In this document: positions 26,335 to 35,958 of the stretch, piece by piece
Numbering within the stretch: the stretch's first letter is position 1
Layout of the letters: each line of letters opens with the position of its first letter
Source: a virus
Taxonomy: Duplodnaviria > Caudoviricetes
IMG/VR virus record: IMGVR_UViG_3300016484_000328
Span: 1-41,554 of that record
DNA: 41,554 bases
Reading direction: 5' to 3' (one strand)
Notes under the pieces: generated by a model
What the model saw: only the letters and a program-made list of their open reading frames with translations
Told to the model about the DNA's origin: nothing
Database searches by the model: none
Program-made: the position numbers and the translations under genes

Positions 26335-27345
26335 TCACAGCCCCAAACGCGCAAAGGCGTTATCGACAGCATTGCGGGCAGAGGAAGGCGGCATTCGGTT
26401 TGCCGGGTTTGAGCCGGAAGCGGGTGCGCCTGTTACGGAAAGGGACGCCTTGCGGGTTTGAGCCGTTACGTCCGGCTTTGGCTGTGGCGCTGGTGCGGCT
26501 GGCGCAGGGTTGAGCCTGTCCGCCATGGCGTAAGCGTCTGCCAAATCGTTTGCGAGGCCAGCGGTCATGAGCTTGGACATGCTCTGACGCAGTTCCTCAA
26601 AGCGCGGCTTATCCGCCGCGAACTGGTTCAGTTCGGCTTGGAGTGCCGAAATATTCTGCTGTTCAATCGTGCTTGAAACGCTGCCGATCTGCTGACGCAT
26701 GGCGTTCAGTTCGTTGCGCAACTCTCGAATGATCGTGTCTTGGGCCGAAGCCGTCTGATCGGCGGTCTGCCCCATGACTTGAGCCGCATAATCTCGCGGA
26801 TTAATGCCGACATAATCGAAAATCTTCTGAATGCCTGCAATCGGGTCTTGTTGCAGGGACATTTCAAGATTGACGTAATTGGACATGGCCTGATGAATGG
26901 GGACGCCTGCCTGAGCCGCCAAATCTTCATACGGCTTCAAAGGCTCCCATTTGGCCTGATACTCTGACAGGCCTTTTTCCATTTCGGCGAATGCGCGCTT
27001 GATTTCGGCCTTTACCGGCGCGGGAGTCTTGTCCCATTCTGCCTTTGCATCCGGGGAGAAACGGCTGGGAGCGTCAACCGCTGGCGTTTCCGCCTGAACA
27101 GTGGTTTGCTCAACCGGGTCGGTCAACGCCTCTTGAGCGGCTTCCTTCGCCTTGAAACGCCCGTTTTCGTCGCGGTCTGCGCTGGCCTGTTCCACTTCGC
27201 CGGTTGGCTTGGCTTGGTCGGCTGGTGCATCGGCAAAAGCCGCCTCAAAAGCACGGTCAATAGACCCGCGTGGCGATTCCTCATGCGAGATTTCGGGCGC
27301 AGCAGTTTCCACCGCCGCCGTTGAAGCGTCGTTCAAGTTTTCCAT
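26335..27345 (-). CDS. scaffolding protein
   Basis: Acidic/Pro-rich; RDENGRF motif; helical core; precedes capsid. Confidence 0.75.
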   Translation of the reverse strand: MENLNDASTAAVETAAPEISHEESPRGSIDRAFEAAFADAPADQAKPTGEVEQASADRDENGRFKAKEAAQEALTDPVEQTTVQAETPAVDAPSRFSPDAKAEWDKTPAPVKAEIKRAFAEMEKGLSEYQAKWEPLKPYEDLAAQAGVPIHQAMSNYVNLEMSLQQDPIAGIQKIFDYVGINPRDYAAQVMGQTADQTASAQDTIIRELRNELNAMRQQIGSVSSTIEQQNISALQAELNQFAADKPRFEELRQSMSKLMTAGLANDLADAYAMADRLNPAPAAPAPQPKPDVTAQTRKASLSVTGAPASGSNPANRMPPSSARNAVDNAFARLGL

Positions 27346-27368
27346 GTTTATACCTGTCTGAGAGGTTG

Positions 27369-27695
27369 CTAAGCGCCTAATCCGGCGCGGGAGAAGGCTT
27401 TCGATACAGTTTCCTTGACCGCCTTCCGGTCAGGTTTCGGTCTTGCCCTTGGCTTTGGCTGCGTCACAGATGCATCATTGCCAATTTCGACAACACCAGC
27501 CGCTTTGTAAGTCGCCCGGAGCGACGACTTGCTGTCATACATCTTGCCATCAAGCATGGACTGGACAGGCTGCATTGTGTCGCCAATCACCATGGGGCTT
27601 GTGAGGTTGGAACGCTTGCCTTGCGGGCGCTGGTATTCATCTGCCGGGACCAAAGCCTGTTTGCTTTCATCCCAAATCCACCGCCCTCTAATCAC
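27369..27695 (-). CDS. conserved head-region hypothetical protein
   Basis: QSMLDGKMYDSKSSLRATYKAAGVVEIGND. Confidence 0.65.
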   Translation of the reverse strand: MIRGRWIWDESKQALVPADEYQRPQGKRSNLTSPMVIGDTMQPVQSMLDGKMYDSKSSLRATYKAAGVVEIGNDASVTQPKPRARPKPDRKAVKETVSKAFSRAGLGA

Positions 27696-28045
27696 GCTGC
27701 GAACAGAAGCATAATCGCGGCCTCTTCCTCTTCATCGTTCAACTGCTTGATGTATTCAGCCAAAAGCGCTTCGATTCGCGCTGCGCTGGCATCAATCCCG
27801 GACATGTCGGCTTCATACCGAACCGCCCGAATGATCTCTCTTTTGACTTCCGGCGTTACATCGTTGGCATCATCAATATCCGGCGCGTCCATGAACGCCC
27901 GTTCAATGATTACCTTGAGTTCGTTATCCCATGCTTCGCGCTTGGCTTGATGTGCCTTGCGCCTGCTTCCATCACCGCCTGAATCAATGATGACAATTGG
28001 CGGGATCACGCTTTGTTGCGCCGCTCTCCTAAGCAGCAGAGACAT
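27692..28045 (-). CDS. hypothetical protein
   Basis: Ends DEEEEAAIMLLFAA; coupled to next gene. Confidence 0.6.
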   Translation of the reverse strand: MSLLLRRAAQQSVIPPIVIIDSGGDGSRRKAHQAKREAWDNELKVIIERAFMDAPDIDDANDVTPEVKREIIRAVRYEADMSGIDASAARIEALLAEYIKQLNDEEEEAAIMLLFAA

Positions 28046-28048
28046 GGG

Positions 28049-29503
28049 TCATTCCCAACCAAACATCGGCGTATAGGTGAAGTTGATCACCTGAGAGGCG
28101 GTTGCTGTGCCGTTCAGGAACTTGCCAACCAAGGCAATGAATTCGCCGGGATTGACGAAAATCGGAGCATCACCGAAATCAATGTCAATCGGTCCCTTGT
28201 CCGGCGAGGAACCTACAGCAGCGCCAACCGGCCAATTCATGAAGCCAAGGGCCACACGGCGCGGCGCTTTTGTCGTTGCAGCCTCAGCGGTGGCCAAGGA
28301 AACCGCATTGTGCCCAAATGCCAAGCAGAACTGGATTGTCGTTGGCGTTGTGGCAACCGCAGCGCCCATGTTGACCGCATCGATACGAATGCCACGCAGG
28401 ATAAGCCGCCTGCCTTGAACGTTTGCCGTGCCAGCCGGAACCTGATAGCTGGACCAAATGCCATCCGTTGCAGCCGCCGCCGCCGCCGTGACCGCGCCTT
28501 GCCCACCAAGGCCGCCGGGCAAGTTGGCAGTCAGTGCCGTATTGGAAGGCGCGGCAGCAGTCGGGTTTGTCGAGTTCACATAGGTCGCCAGAGAACCCAT
28601 GGTTCCGCCTGACAGGCCCTGATAGGAGCCATAGACACGCTGGCCTAGAATGGAGGCCGTCTGTGCAATGTTCGGCCCGCCGACCGATACTGTGTAGTCG
28701 TTTAGCACAAACGATAGAGCGGCCCCGGCAGCACCACCGACAATCGCATGACGCAGCGCAAATGGCAGGGATGCCGACATGCACGGCTGCCCTTGGCCGG
28801 AAGGCGTGTCCAGAGAGGCATAAAGGACGCCATCAATCCAGAATTCAACTTCGCGTTCATGCATCGCAATGATGAACTGGTATTTGCGATTATTGACATA
28901 GGTAAAGTCAAAGACAGAGGTTGGCGTTTCCGTGCCGTTTGAGTTGATAACCCCAAGCATCCCAGCAGAGGTCAGGCGGAAGTGCACACCATCACCCGGC
29001 GCAAATGGGTTTGTCGTGGCCGGGCGGGAAAGACCGAAGTCAATGATGGTATTTGTTGTCGGCGCAGCCGTGAAAGACCCTTCAATCTCGCAATACAGTT
29101 GAGACGCGCCGAGGATAGGAAATTCCGCATAGGTGACAAACGAGCCGCCCGTTGTGGTAGTCGTGATGTTGCCGCTGTTTGTGGTCAGACCGGCAGCAGA
29201 CCATGCAAAAGCCATGGTCGTGTTGCGGTAAATGTGCTTCCCGGTATTTTGAGCAGTGTAGTTGAATGTCTCACAATCAAAGATTGCCTCATGGGCAATA
29301 CGAAAGCGGCTGTCATCATCCGTTTCCGGGGCTTGCAGATAGCGCGCCCCGGTTTTGCTGCCAGTGTCGTTTTCCGAGAATATCGCCATAGCAGCGACAT
29401 CGGCGGGCACATCACCAGTCGGGATTTTCACAAGCAGTTGATTTGAGGAATTTACCTCAGCAACATTCCCGCTTGTGTTGCCCTCAATACGAAAACCAGC
29501 CAT
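28049..29503 (-). CDS. putative virion accessory protein with lectin/ConA-like segment
   Basis: 484 aa Thr/Ala/Gly-rich; YQFIIAMHEREVEFWIDGVLYASL strand pattern. Confidence 0.55.
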   Translation of the reverse strand: MAGFRIEGNTSGNVAEVNSSNQLLVKIPTGDVPADVAAMAIFSENDTGSKTGARYLQAPETDDDSRFRIAHEAIFDCETFNYTAQNTGKHIYRNTTMAFAWSAAGLTTNSGNITTTTTGGSFVTYAEFPILGASQLYCEIEGSFTAAPTTNTIIDFGLSRPATTNPFAPGDGVHFRLTSAGMLGVINSNGTETPTSVFDFTYVNNRKYQFIIAMHEREVEFWIDGVLYASLDTPSGQGQPCMSASLPFALRHAIVGGAAGAALSFVLNDYTVSVGGPNIAQTASILGQRVYGSYQGLSGGTMGSLATYVNSTNPTAAAPSNTALTANLPGGLGGQGAVTAAAAAATDGIWSSYQVPAGTANVQGRRLILRGIRIDAVNMGAAVATTPTTIQFCLAFGHNAVSLATAEAATTKAPRRVALGFMNWPVGAAVGSSPDKGPIDIDFGDAPIFVNPGEFIALVGKFLNGTATASQVINFTYTPMFGWE

Positions 29504-29797
29504 TTAATCGCTCCAAACATACCGGCATTTCACATCGCCGGTAATCCTCATTTCGGACGCGGCCACAAGCGTAAAGCCAACCCCGGCAATCACGTTTTCC
29601 GCTGCTAAACTTACCTTCAAAGGCAGGATACGCGCATGTTCATAAGCATTATGGTCATTTGTGTTGTCACCCATGAACCATGCTTCAACATATGCGCCGG
29701 AAGGAATGTCGCCCTGCCCGGTGATCACAGTTTCGACAATGTTTGTCCCCGGCGCTTCCCCAAAAGACAGAACCGCCTCCCCAACACCTGATGCCAT
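29504..29797 (-). CDS. small beta-rich hypothetical protein
   Basis: TGATG coupling to portal. Confidence 0.6.
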   Translation of the reverse strand: MASGVGEAVLSFGEAPGTNIVETVITGQGDIPSGAYVEAWFMGDNTNDHNAYEHARILPLKVSLAAENVIAGVGFTLVAASEMRITGDVKCRYVWSD

Positions 29798-32124
29798 CAG
29801 TTCACCGTTTCAAACTGCATTGCATAGGAACCGTCCGGCTGCTTTTTGACCGAACGTGGCGATGTTTGAGCCTTCGCTAGAGCGGTCATGCCCTGAACGA
29901 TTGCCTGCGTCTGTTGCATCATCATTTGCATCATGGCCATTTGCGCTTCACGCGACGATTTCATTTCGTCCATGATCGCTTGGAATTGCTTGCGGTCGTC
30001 CTCGAACGAGTAGTCAGGCGGCAATCCAGCATCGATCATCTTGCCGTTCAGTTCGCCTTGGCGCTGTGCCGACTTGAATTCGCGATCCTTGGCGCGGTCT
30101 TCTTGATCCATCTTCTGGCGTTCACGGTCAGCCAGATTGCGGGCGAATTCAGTGGCAAATTTCAGCTTCTCTGTATCAGCGCGCATGGCATATTCTTGCC
30201 GCTTGGCCTCCATTTCCATGGATTTCATGTCCATGTTGGCCTTGTGCTCTGCCTGCTTGAGTTCGCCTTCCTGCTGCCGTGCCTCAGCGTCTGCTTTGGC
30301 CTTGATTTCCTCTGGCGATGGGCCTTTCGGCTTTTGAGACATGGCCTTGATCTGCTCAGACAGCGTATCAATAGCGCCGTCCAGTTCGCGCCCCGCCCTG
30401 AACGGCGCAACAACGAACTTGAGCGTTTCAGCGACGAATGGGCCGCTTTCGGGGAAACCCTGCAACATGGGCGCTGCTTGGCCAAGGAACCCGCCCAAGG
30501 CCGTCATGAACTCAGAACGCATCTGCTTTTCAGCATTTTCGTCCGGCTGGATTGTCGAGTCCGTCTCAATGTCCAACACAAACGGGCGCATGCGCTGTTC
30601 GCGGAACAAGGCAACGATCTTGTCAATCGTTACTGTTTGCTCAAGTTGCTGCACTTGCTGTTGAACCTGCTGCTTAAGCTGGGTTGCCTGTTCAGGGTTT
30701 TCCTGCGCCATCTGCATCATCTGCGGATTTTGCGTGGCCTGTTCAACCTGCATCATCAACTGTTGGATTTGCCCTTGAATGTCCTGATCTGTCGGCAATT
30801 CCATTTGCGCCATGTCGATCATGGTCTGTGGCTGGAAATTCTCTGCAATGATCTCACCAGCCATGCGCGTCATATCGCGGGCAATGCGGACAAGTTCGGC
30901 CTGACGGTCTCGAATGCGGACGTTGCCATACTGGCTCTTGAGCTCTTGAGCGCCAAGCGTTTCATTCGGATCAGTCGCGCCGCGCATGATATCAGAGAGG
31001 CCGGTTATCTGGTAAACGTCCTCAATGAACTGACGGCGCAACTCAACGCAGCTTTGGACTGTCGTGGCAACTTCCTGAATGGGTAGCCAGACAATGGCAT
31101 CCTTGAGAGAAGTCCCGCCCAATGCCGCGAAGTTCGACACAGGAACAAGCACGGCGTTGTTCGACTGGTCTTTCATTGCCCGTTCGATGGCCGTCGAAAG
31201 TTCTTCTTGACCGGCAGCATAGAAGCCCTTGAGACGCAGCCCCTCAGCAAGCGCTGAAATGCGGGCGGTCAGTTCGTTGATTTCCTCGATCTGGTCCTTG
31301 TAGTAGACAAAATCAGGGACGGGGATCAAAGAACGACGCTGCAACGTGCCATAGGCAGGGCGCGGGCAAGGGAAGAAGTCATCAAGCGTCAGGAATGGGT
31401 CTTGGATATCAAGAACCTCGTCAACGCCTTCTGTGACCCAAACAACCTTCTTGAGTTCCTTGTGCCAGATTTCCCAAACAGCGGCCTGCTTTTCGCCCTT
31501 GTGCGCCTGATCCTCCTTCTTCTTGTCCTTGAATGTCGCCTGCAAGAACACATCGCCGAAGCGCTTCAAGCCCTTTTCATGGTTTATCCATGACCTGCGG
31601 GCAACCCATTCAACCTCTTTCCATTTGCGGGCCGGGCTGTGCAGGAAGTCCTCGCGGTCAACGTGTTCGAAACAAACGCTCTCCTCTTTTTCGTCCGGCT
31701 CGAACTCATACCGGAGCCAGACAGCGCCACGAGCGGAAATGGCCAGATCATCACGCAGCGCAAGCATTGTGGAGTTGATGTCTTCAAGGTCAAACAGCGT
31801 TTCCAGATCGCGTTGCAGCAATTCGGACGCGGTGCGAGCAAGCTCCCTACGGTCTTTGTGGCGAGTGGTAACGACAGGCGCGGGCGGGCGCGAATAAATG
31901 GAAGGCTTGAGAACTTCAAGGTTCGCCCAAAACGTCTGGAACTCCCGCTCAGAGCCGCCCTTGGCCAGTGATTCAAGATCAGCATACAGCTTGTCAATGC
32001 TGTCGCACTTTTCCTGATACGTGCGAAAGAACTTGGTCGCTTCCGCAATCATGTCTAGCCACGGCTTTGCATCGCGGGAAACCTTCGGGGCTTCCTGCGC
32101 TTCGGCCTGTGTTTCTTCAATCAT
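29797..32124 (-). CDS. portal protein
   Basis: 775 aa directly after TerL; YQITGLSDIMRG, IETDSTI motifs; long C-terminal coiled coil. Confidence 0.85.
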   Translation of the reverse strand: MIEETQAEAQEAPKVSRDAKPWLDMIAEATKFFRTYQEKCDSIDKLYADLESLAKGGSEREFQTFWANLEVLKPSIYSRPPAPVVTTRHKDRRELARTASELLQRDLETLFDLEDINSTMLALRDDLAISARGAVWLRYEFEPDEKEESVCFEHVDREDFLHSPARKWKEVEWVARRSWINHEKGLKRFGDVFLQATFKDKKKEDQAHKGEKQAAVWEIWHKELKKVVWVTEGVDEVLDIQDPFLTLDDFFPCPRPAYGTLQRRSLIPVPDFVYYKDQIEEINELTARISALAEGLRLKGFYAAGQEELSTAIERAMKDQSNNAVLVPVSNFAALGGTSLKDAIVWLPIQEVATTVQSCVELRRQFIEDVYQITGLSDIMRGATDPNETLGAQELKSQYGNVRIRDRQAELVRIARDMTRMAGEIIAENFQPQTMIDMAQMELPTDQDIQGQIQQLMMQVEQATQNPQMMQMAQENPEQATQLKQQVQQQVQQLEQTVTIDKIVALFREQRMRPFVLDIETDSTIQPDENAEKQMRSEFMTALGGFLGQAAPMLQGFPESGPFVAETLKFVVAPFRAGRELDGAIDTLSEQIKAMSQKPKGPSPEEIKAKADAEARQQEGELKQAEHKANMDMKSMEMEAKRQEYAMRADTEKLKFATEFARNLADRERQKMDQEDRAKDREFKSAQRQGELNGKMIDAGLPPDYSFEDDRKQFQAIMDEMKSSREAQMAMMQMMMQQTQAIVQGMTALAKAQTSPRSVKKQPDGSYAMQFETVN

Positions 32125-32127
32125 GGG

Positions 32128-33486
32128 CTACAACCTAATTCGTGTCGTGTTCCGAGGCTCAGGAGCGCCGGGAATGAATACTTGTTCGGGCCTTGCCAGC
32201 GGCTTAGGCTTCGTGTCTGTCTCTGGAATGTGCCGCCATGAAAGCGCCATGTATCGAAAAGCATCAGCCAAGTGAGAAGTCCAATCATGAACTTCTGTCG
32301 GCCTGAATGTCTTCTTTTCATCATCCCATTCGCGCCGGTATTGTTCTAGCGCTGAAATGCCTATGTCCTCAGTGCGAGGATGAAACACGCACCGCGAGAG
32401 CGTTGAACGCGCTGCCTGTATGCCATCCATCTTTGATACATTCGCCACTAGCTGCGGGTTAAGCCCGTGCTGCCTCATGGCTTCAAGGCGCTGTGGAGCG
32501 CCGGTAACAGCCCAAACCCTTTGCTTGGCATCATGCGGGACAAAATCAACACCACGCTTCCAAGGCTTTGCGTGGCAAATTTCTGCGAAATGATCGACAC
32601 CAGCGCCGGATGCTGAATAGCAATCGAGAACCAAAACCTGTGTGCCGACAACCTGAAACCACCAGATTGACGTGTCGTCTCTTACGCCAATATCCCAAGC
32701 CGTATGCACCGGCCTATCCGGCTCAGGCTCAATTTCGAGGATTCGCCCTTCATTGCGAACCGCCAGCATTTCCCTTGCATAGAAAGCGCCCAAGATTGCG
32801 GCGTTGAACGAGCAAAGATATTCCTGCTCAAACTGCGCCCTGCCCAAATCCTCGCCATAGAGCGCAACATATTCGCTTAGGCTTTCTTCCAATTGCTCAG
32901 GAGACAAAGCCCCTGTGTCATGAACGTTGCTGACTTCGGCAAACCAGCGCGGGTTGTCCTTTGCCATCTGATACATGGCATAAGCATGGTTGCGCCCGCG
33001 AGGCGTCGTGATGAACGCTGCCCAACCTTGGTTTTCCTCAAGCATCGGGCGGTGATATGCCCATGCACTCGGATTAGCCAAAGCCCACTCTGAATAGGCA
33101 ATGCCAGCAACGCCAGCGCCTACAGTAGCGTCAAACCTGTCTGAACCGATAATCTGCCATGTTGACCCGCATTTGAGGCGGATGAACATTTCCTGATCAT
33201 TGCGCGTCTCACAAATCTCAGGCGGAAAGGCTTCATCAATGCGGCGCTTGCCTGTATGTGCATTAACCGCTGTCCACAATGCCTTTCGCCCTTGAGCGTA
33301 TTCAGGAAGGCAGTGCCAATATGAACCAATGCGCTTATGAGCAAGTTCACATGTTGCGGCTAGGACGATTTCATCCTTGCCCCATCGTCTGTGCGCAATC
33401 TCAATTGCGCGGGCGTTCGGTGTGTTGACTAGGTATTCATGGAACGGGCGCTGATACCAGCGAATGCGACGTGTGAACGTTGTCAC
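32128..33486 (-). CDS. terL: terminase large subunit
   Basis: HRRWGKD Walker A; TTPRGRNH; AWDIG nuclease motif; HDWTSHLADAFRY. Confidence 0.92.
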   Translation of the reverse strand: MTTFTRRIRWYQRPFHEYLVNTPNARAIEIAHRRWGKDEIVLAATCELAHKRIGSYWHCLPEYAQGRKALWTAVNAHTGKRRIDEAFPPEICETRNDQEMFIRLKCGSTWQIIGSDRFDATVGAGVAGIAYSEWALANPSAWAYHRPMLEENQGWAAFITTPRGRNHAYAMYQMAKDNPRWFAEVSNVHDTGALSPEQLEESLSEYVALYGEDLGRAQFEQEYLCSFNAAILGAFYAREMLAVRNEGRILEIEPEPDRPVHTAWDIGVRDDTSIWWFQVVGTQVLVLDCYSASGAGVDHFAEICHAKPWKRGVDFVPHDAKQRVWAVTGAPQRLEAMRQHGLNPQLVANVSKMDGIQAARSTLSRCVFHPRTEDIGISALEQYRREWDDEKKTFRPTEVHDWTSHLADAFRYMALSWRHIPETDTKPKPLARPEQVFIPGAPEPRNTTRIRL

Positions 33487-33758
33487 GGTTTGTTTTCGTA
33501 AATGGTCTGGAATGCGATGCCAATCGGCCCGCCTCCCTCGCCAGAAACTTGCAGCGGCAATAGCTTCGGATAGATGGTTGCCCAGAATGCCCGCTCATTC
33601 AACGGGTCTTCCTTTGCCCAATTCACAAGTCGTTCAGAACCGCCCAATGCATCAGCAGCTTCTGCAATAGCATCCTTGGCGGCTTTACCAATCTTGTTTG
33701 GGCTTCCTTTTGGACGCCCGCCTTTGTTTTTAAGGTTTCCGTCCGTTATTAAACTCAT
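33483..33758 (-). CDS. terminase small subunit-like protein
   Basis: GGRPKGSPNK motif; immediately upstream of and overlapping terL. Confidence 0.65.
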   Translation of the reverse strand: MSLITDGNLKNKGGRPKGSPNKIGKAAKDAIAEAADALGGSERLVNWAKEDPLNERAFWATIYPKLLPLQVSGEGGGPIGIAFQTIYENKP

Positions 33759-33803
33759 GTCGTGTAACCTTCATGCGGTTTGAGCGCTATGAAACAGCCT
33801 AAT

Positions 33804-33921
33804 TCGCACATTTGCGATATAAGCCCGCGATTTTCTGCATTATTGAGATATTTTCTGCAAATACCCTGTTGACATGTCGCATATTTGCGATATAGTAGGG
33901 ACATCAACAGAGGAGATACGG
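33804..33921 (+). promoter_or_regulatory. strong promoter with two palindromic operators and leader for cassette 2
   Basis: TTGACA(33869)-N16-TATAGT; TCGCAYATTTGCGATATA at 33804-33821 and 33877-33894; AACAGAGGAGATACGG 33906-33921. Confidence 0.75.
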
Positions 33922-33923
33922 GA

Positions 33924-34118
33924 ATGACCAAGATCAACACAGAGATTCAGTTTTGGGCGGACAAGGCGGATGCAGCACACGCTAAACTTGGCAAATTGGT
34001 CAAGCGCTATGAAAACGCGACACCTGAAAACTACCAACTGCTTCTCTCTCAAATCCATGAAGCCGAAAAAGACATTGAACTTTTTGAGGCAAAATTTGAT
34101 GAATTGATGGTGGCATAA
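33924..34118 (+). CDS. small helical protein (candidate anti-defence/Acr)
   Basis: 64 aa, GAGGAG RBS. Confidence 0.7.
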   Translation: MTKINTEIQFWADKADAAHAKLGKLVKRYENATPENYQLLLSQIHEAEKDIELFEAKFDELMVA

Positions 34119-34358
34119 ATGCTGACTTCAGAAGAAATAAAAACCCACGTTTTCAATCAGCTTTTATGGTACGCCCTTCTCGCCGAGAATGAAATGAATT
34201 TCAAAGAAGCTGAAGAATTTGCGCAAAGACACCTTGTCGATACCCTGTGTGCTTACCTTTCAAGCGCATTGTTATGCGCGGAATTAACCATCGACATGCT
34301 ACCGGAAGAGATACAAAGCCGCGCTGAACGCCAAATTTACAATTGGGGTGGGCTATGA
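34119..34358 (+). CDS. small acidic protein (candidate anti-defence/Acr)
   Basis: 79 aa, Glu-rich, coupled to both neighbours. Confidence 0.65.
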   Translation: MLTSEEIKTHVFNQLLWYALLAENEMNFKEAEEFAQRHLVDTLCAYLSSALLCAELTIDMLPEEIQSRAERQIYNWGGL

Positions 34359-34540
34359 CCCCCACCGAATTCACCACAGCCCATAAGCAGCTTGGCCTTA
34401 GCCGGGCTGCTTTCTGCCGTCTTATTGGTATAGCTCCGAACTCTGGAACCGCATATGCATCAGGCAGGAAACCTATTCCTTTGACTGTTGCTCTTGCTGT
34501 TGCCGCTGTTATGCGGGGCTTGAAGCCTTGGCCTGAGTGA
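34355..34540 (+). CDS. HTH protein (Aca-like)
   Basis: MTPTEFTTAHKQLGLSRAAFCRLIGIAPNSGTAYASGRKPIP. Confidence 0.8.
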   Translation: MTPTEFTTAHKQLGLSRAAFCRLIGIAPNSGTAYASGRKPIPLTVALAVAAVMRGLKPWPE

Positions 34541-34656
34541 ATTGGCGGCGCTGTTATAGGCCGGTTGAACAGTCTGGAGAGGCGGGAGCGGCAAACCCTA
34601 GATGCAATTGTGCATCATAAAAACATGTCCTTTTGAAACTGATTTGCGAGGGTATG

Positions 34657-34905
34657 TCAATAGGGCAGAGCCGTCACAACTGTTTTCCTTAATCGGTCAT
34701 ACACAACTTTCATATCTTTGCCATTCCATCGGACAATGTGATGGCTGCGGGTGTTACTTTCTTTGAAGACATGCGTCGTTTGCCCAGCGCGTACCAACCG
34801 ATTTATGGCGTCTACATCAATTGAATGTTCTCCATATCGCTCAGCGGCCCTCATTGAAAAGTGCTTTGCCTGAATCGCGGCTGTCTTTGGGGGCTTGCGC
34901 CTCAT
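34657..34905 (-). CDS. small basic protein with H-x3-R-x2-ER motif (DUF4258-like)
   Basis: KHFSMRAAERYG...KVVYD...VVTALP. Confidence 0.55.
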   Translation of the reverse strand: MRRKPPKTAAIQAKHFSMRAAERYGEHSIDVDAINRLVRAGQTTHVFKESNTRSHHIVRWNGKDMKVVYDRLRKTVVTALPY

Positions 34906-35531
34906 GCTGCCTTCCTCGCCTTTCCCCGGCTGAAATATTCTGCCAATCCGTTCAGCGCCAGACGCAAATCGCCGACCATTGATGTGAATGATTGATCGCG
35001 GACCACGCAGTAATCCAGCGCGGCAAACAGGTTGCCGTGGCTTTCATTCTGCCGTCTTTGCACTGAGGCTATGGCTTCATTCCAGCGCGTCTTGATCGCC
35101 TGCCAGCGCTTGGCTTGTTCTTCTGGCGTGTCTGTCATTGTGCCGAATGTCGAGCGCTCATATATGGCTTCGCTGCTGCCAATCTGGCGATGATAGAGAT
35201 TGCGCAGTTCGAGATAGCGCAGCCCGGCTTCATATTGCTCTTCGGTCAATCCAATCGGGTCGTGCTTGTCATTGCGGTGGCGTATGCACAAGCGGCCAAT
35301 GAATGATCCTGCTTTCTGGTCTTTCGCATCCTTTGGGGTAAGGCCGAATACCTTGGCACGGAGCTTGAGAGGCTCTTCGTCGGCGGGAATTTCCCTCACA
35401 GATACCGTAGGATTCTTCGCTCTGGAAATCCTGCCATTGGGTTCACGGGCGGCTTTTGACTTCTTGCGTGCCATGATGTGCCTTAGCGCCTTTCCTTGAG
35501 GGTCTGTGACAGGAATGAAATAGCAGGTCAC
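34902..35531 (-). CDS. putative late-gene regulator (Q position)
   Basis: REPNGRISR N-terminus; LRLALNGLAEYF C-terminus; lies before late promoter region; start may be internal (MARKKS). Confidence 0.55.
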   Translation of the reverse strand: MTCYFIPVTDPQGKALRHIMARKKSKAAREPNGRISRAKNPTVSVREIPADEEPLKLRAKVFGLTPKDAKDQKAGSFIGRLCIRHRNDKHDPIGLTEEQYEAGLRYLELRNLYHRQIGSSEAIYERSTFGTMTDTPEEQAKRWQAIKTRWNEAIASVQRRQNESHGNLFAALDYCVVRDQSFTSMVGDLRLALNGLAEYFSRGKARKAA

Positions 35532-35683
35532 GCATTGGCCTTCATTGCATGTTTGGCCTTCTTGCGGAGTTTTCTGGCCTTACGGACCAAATATGCTACC
35601 TCAAGTATCTTGGCTGCCTCTGATTCATATATTCTTGGGCAAGCCTTTATCACCGCGTCAATTTCTTCTTGTGAAACTTTCAT
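35528..35683 (-). CDS. small basic hypothetical protein (51 aa)
   Basis: Read manually: MKVSQEEIDAVIKACPRIYE...; coupled on both sides. Confidence 0.5.
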   Translation of the reverse strand: MKVSQEEIDAVIKACPRIYESEAAKILEVAYLVRKARKLRKKAKHAMKANA

Positions 35684-35940
35684 GAGGCCAATGGTCCCCG
35701 AAACGCTGAAAAAACACTGTTTTCGATGGACGCCTTGCTTGTGGACACTTGAATAAAGAATTCAGTCCCGTCAATTTTTACCCAAAAGTCCCGGCTCCCC
35801 AAGCCCCCGCCAGTATCTATGTTGGTTCCCTCGTCGGCAACCGAGCGCAGCGCTGCTTCAATACGACTGCAAGTGTCAAGAAACTTCTTGGTTGGCATAT
35901 CGCCACTTCCAAAATCCAATTCATCGTTGCTGAAAATCAT
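35680..35940 (-). CDS. hypothetical protein
   Basis: DTGGGLGSRDFWV; ATGA coupling. Confidence 0.55.
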   Translation of the reverse strand: MIFSNDELDFGSGDMPTKKFLDTCSRIEAALRSVADEGTNIDTGGGLGSRDFWVKIDGTEFFIQVSTSKASIENSVFSAFRGPLAS

Positions 35941-35958
35941 GCTGCATTCCCTTGGCTT

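Noticed and set aside
29914-31086. 390-aa + strand ORF and similar long antisense ORFs (18315..19088, 20759..21523, 24052..24741)
   Set aside because: Shadow frames opposite clear structural genes, with no recognisable motifs
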